Positions 35,600 through 37,886 of a stretch of DNA of 37,886 bases are shown one piece after another. The stretch lies in the NCBI GenBank assembly GCA_038230375.1, contig JBBRNJ010000083.1:1-37886 (forward strand). The letters run 5' to 3'. Below the pieces are notes generated by a model, which worked only from the letters and a program-made list of their open reading frames with translations, had not been told where the DNA came from and did not search any database. This stretch comes from Polyangiales bacterium. GTDB lineage: Bacteria; Myxococcota_A; Polyangia; Polyangiales; Polyangiaceae. The position numbers and the translations under genes are program-made. The first letter of the stretch is position 1; each line of letters starts with the position of its first letter.

Positions 35600-36781
35600 A
35601 TGCGTGACATGGATCTGCGAGGTGTGTCCACGACGTCGGCGATTCGATCGACCTTTCGCGTCTCGGTGGCCTGGGTCACGTGCGCCGCGATGGGCGTCGC
35701 TGGGTGCAGCGTCGCAGCAGGCTCACCGTCGTCCGCGCGCGTGGAGAATTCGACGGAGGGCACTGCAGACGGTGATCGAGCCGACGCAGGTGCGGCCCCC
35801 GCGCCGGGCAGCGGGCCGGGAGGCGGTGGCGCTGGAGGTAGCGCGGAAGACGCGTCGATGATGCCCGCCTCGCCGTTCACGTATCGCGACGTGTTCAATG
35901 CCGTCGATCAGTCGAAGCTCCAGCATCTGCTCGGGGACATGTGCGGCCAGAACCCGGTGACGGTCGATGGGCAGACGTTCACGATCCACGATCGGTATCT
36001 GCCGGCCTCGAAGATCAATTACCGGAAGTACTGGTCTGCGTACATGACGTCCCTCGGCCTGACGCCCACCGCGCTCACCTATACGACGAAGTCCGGCGCA
36101 GAGACTTCAGGTCACAACGTGGAGGCGGTGTTGCCCGGCAAGGTCGCCGACTCCGTGGTCATCCTGGTCCACTACGACAGCATCGGCCCGCACGGGGCGG
36201 ACAATCCCGGCTGCGACGACGACATGACCGGCATGGCGATGCTGATGGAGACCGCGCGCATCCTCAGCCAGTACAAGGGCAAGCTGCACAACACCGTCCG
36301 CTTCGTCGCGACCGACTACGAGGAGTGGAGCGGGCTGTCTCTCGAAGGGGCGCGAAAGTATGCGACGTACCTTCAAGGCGTCGCGCAGAACCAGGGCTTC
36401 AAGATCGTCGCCGCGATCGACAACGAGCAATCGGGCTGGAAACACGGTGAGATGACGATCGACACCGTCTCCCACAAATGTGGAGCCACTGCCGCTCCTG
36501 CGGTCGCAGCGCTGCAGAAGTTGATGGGCGACACGGCCAGCACCTATGGGACGATGAGCACCACGGACCTTTGCAACGACGGCACGCTCGCGAGCGACTA
36601 CATGGCAATGGGGGACATCGGCGTCCCGGCCTTCGTCTTCTCGGAGCACGCACCCTCGCTGAACAACCACTTCGATCAGAGCGGCAATGACACGTACCAG
36701 GCCATCGACCAGGCGTACTTCTTCCAGATCGCGCAGGTGGCAGTGACGTTCGCCGCAAGAGTGATCGGCATCGACCCGTAG
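35600..36781 (+). CDS. M28-family metallo-aminopeptidase, lipoprotein
   Basis: GGAGGA SD; lipobox VAGC; HNVEA, VHYDS, GCDDDMTG, YEEW, SDY, NH motifs. Confidence 0.9.
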   Translation: MRDMDLRGVSTTSAIRSTFRVSVAWVTCAAMGVAGCSVAAGSPSSARVENSTEGTADGDRADAGAAPAPGSGPGGGGAGGSAEDASMMPASPFTYRDVFNAVDQSKLQHLLGDMCGQNPVTVDGQTFTIHDRYLPASKINYRKYWSAYMTSLGLTPTALTYTTKSGAETSGHNVEAVLPGKVADSVVILVHYDSIGPHGADNPGCDDDMTGMAMLMETARILSQYKGKLHNTVRFVATDYEEWSGLSLEGARKYATYLQGVAQNQGFKIVAAIDNEQSGWKHGEMTIDTVSHKCGATAAPAVAALQKLMGDTASTYGTMSTTDLCNDGTLASDYMAMGDIGVPAFVFSEHAPSLNNHFDQSGNDTYQAIDQAYFFQIAQVAVTFAARVIGIDP

Positions 36782-36818
36782 TTCTGCGTTGCCACGGCCC
36801 CCGTCGCCGTTGCCGATC

Positions 36819-36860
36819 AAAAAAAGAGGGCCCGATTCCTTTCGGAACCGAGGCCCTCTC
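36819..36860 (-). terminator. Intrinsic terminator of groEL
   Basis: GAGGGCC...GGCCCTC stem with inner TTCC/GGAA; A7 at 36819-36825 (U-tract on minus strand). Confidence 0.85.
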
Positions 36861-36886
36861 ACTTCACTCCAGACTACGTCAGGAGA

Positions 36887-37886
<1,000 letters not shown>

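Overview
High-GC window that looks myxobacterial (Myxococcota, Polyangiaceae/Labilithrix-like), judged from the many DAG/DGG-linker lipoproteins, a TIGR02996-type protein, an AgmX/PglI-type protein and a Hanks Ser/Thr kinase. It runs from the 5' end of fusA (EF-G; minus strand, missed by the ORF track) to the 3' part of groEL. Between them lie about 35 mostly unlinked genes: secreted lipoproteins, membrane enzymes (GT-C-like, acyltransferase-3, UbiA, ICMT), squalene/phytoene synthase, an Omp85 barrel and peptidases. I saw no rRNA, tRNA, CRISPR array or IS. The most interesting signals are: (1) a ~265-nt fusA leader with a sigma70-type promoter and three mutually exclusive pairings for the strand next to a U-tract (candidate attenuator); (2) a small ubiquitin-like ORF behind an AT-rich operator-like palindrome in a decayed accessory patch; (3) TAnnnT boxes 6-8 nt upstream of at least 12 start codons, suggesting widespread leaderless transcription; (4) several apparent pseudo-enzymes; (5) an alpha/beta hydrolase broken by a probable microhomology deletion; (6) TGA-containing tandem repeats just after stop codons; (7) a His-tailed GroEL. 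All family calls come from reading motifs by eye, not from database searches.
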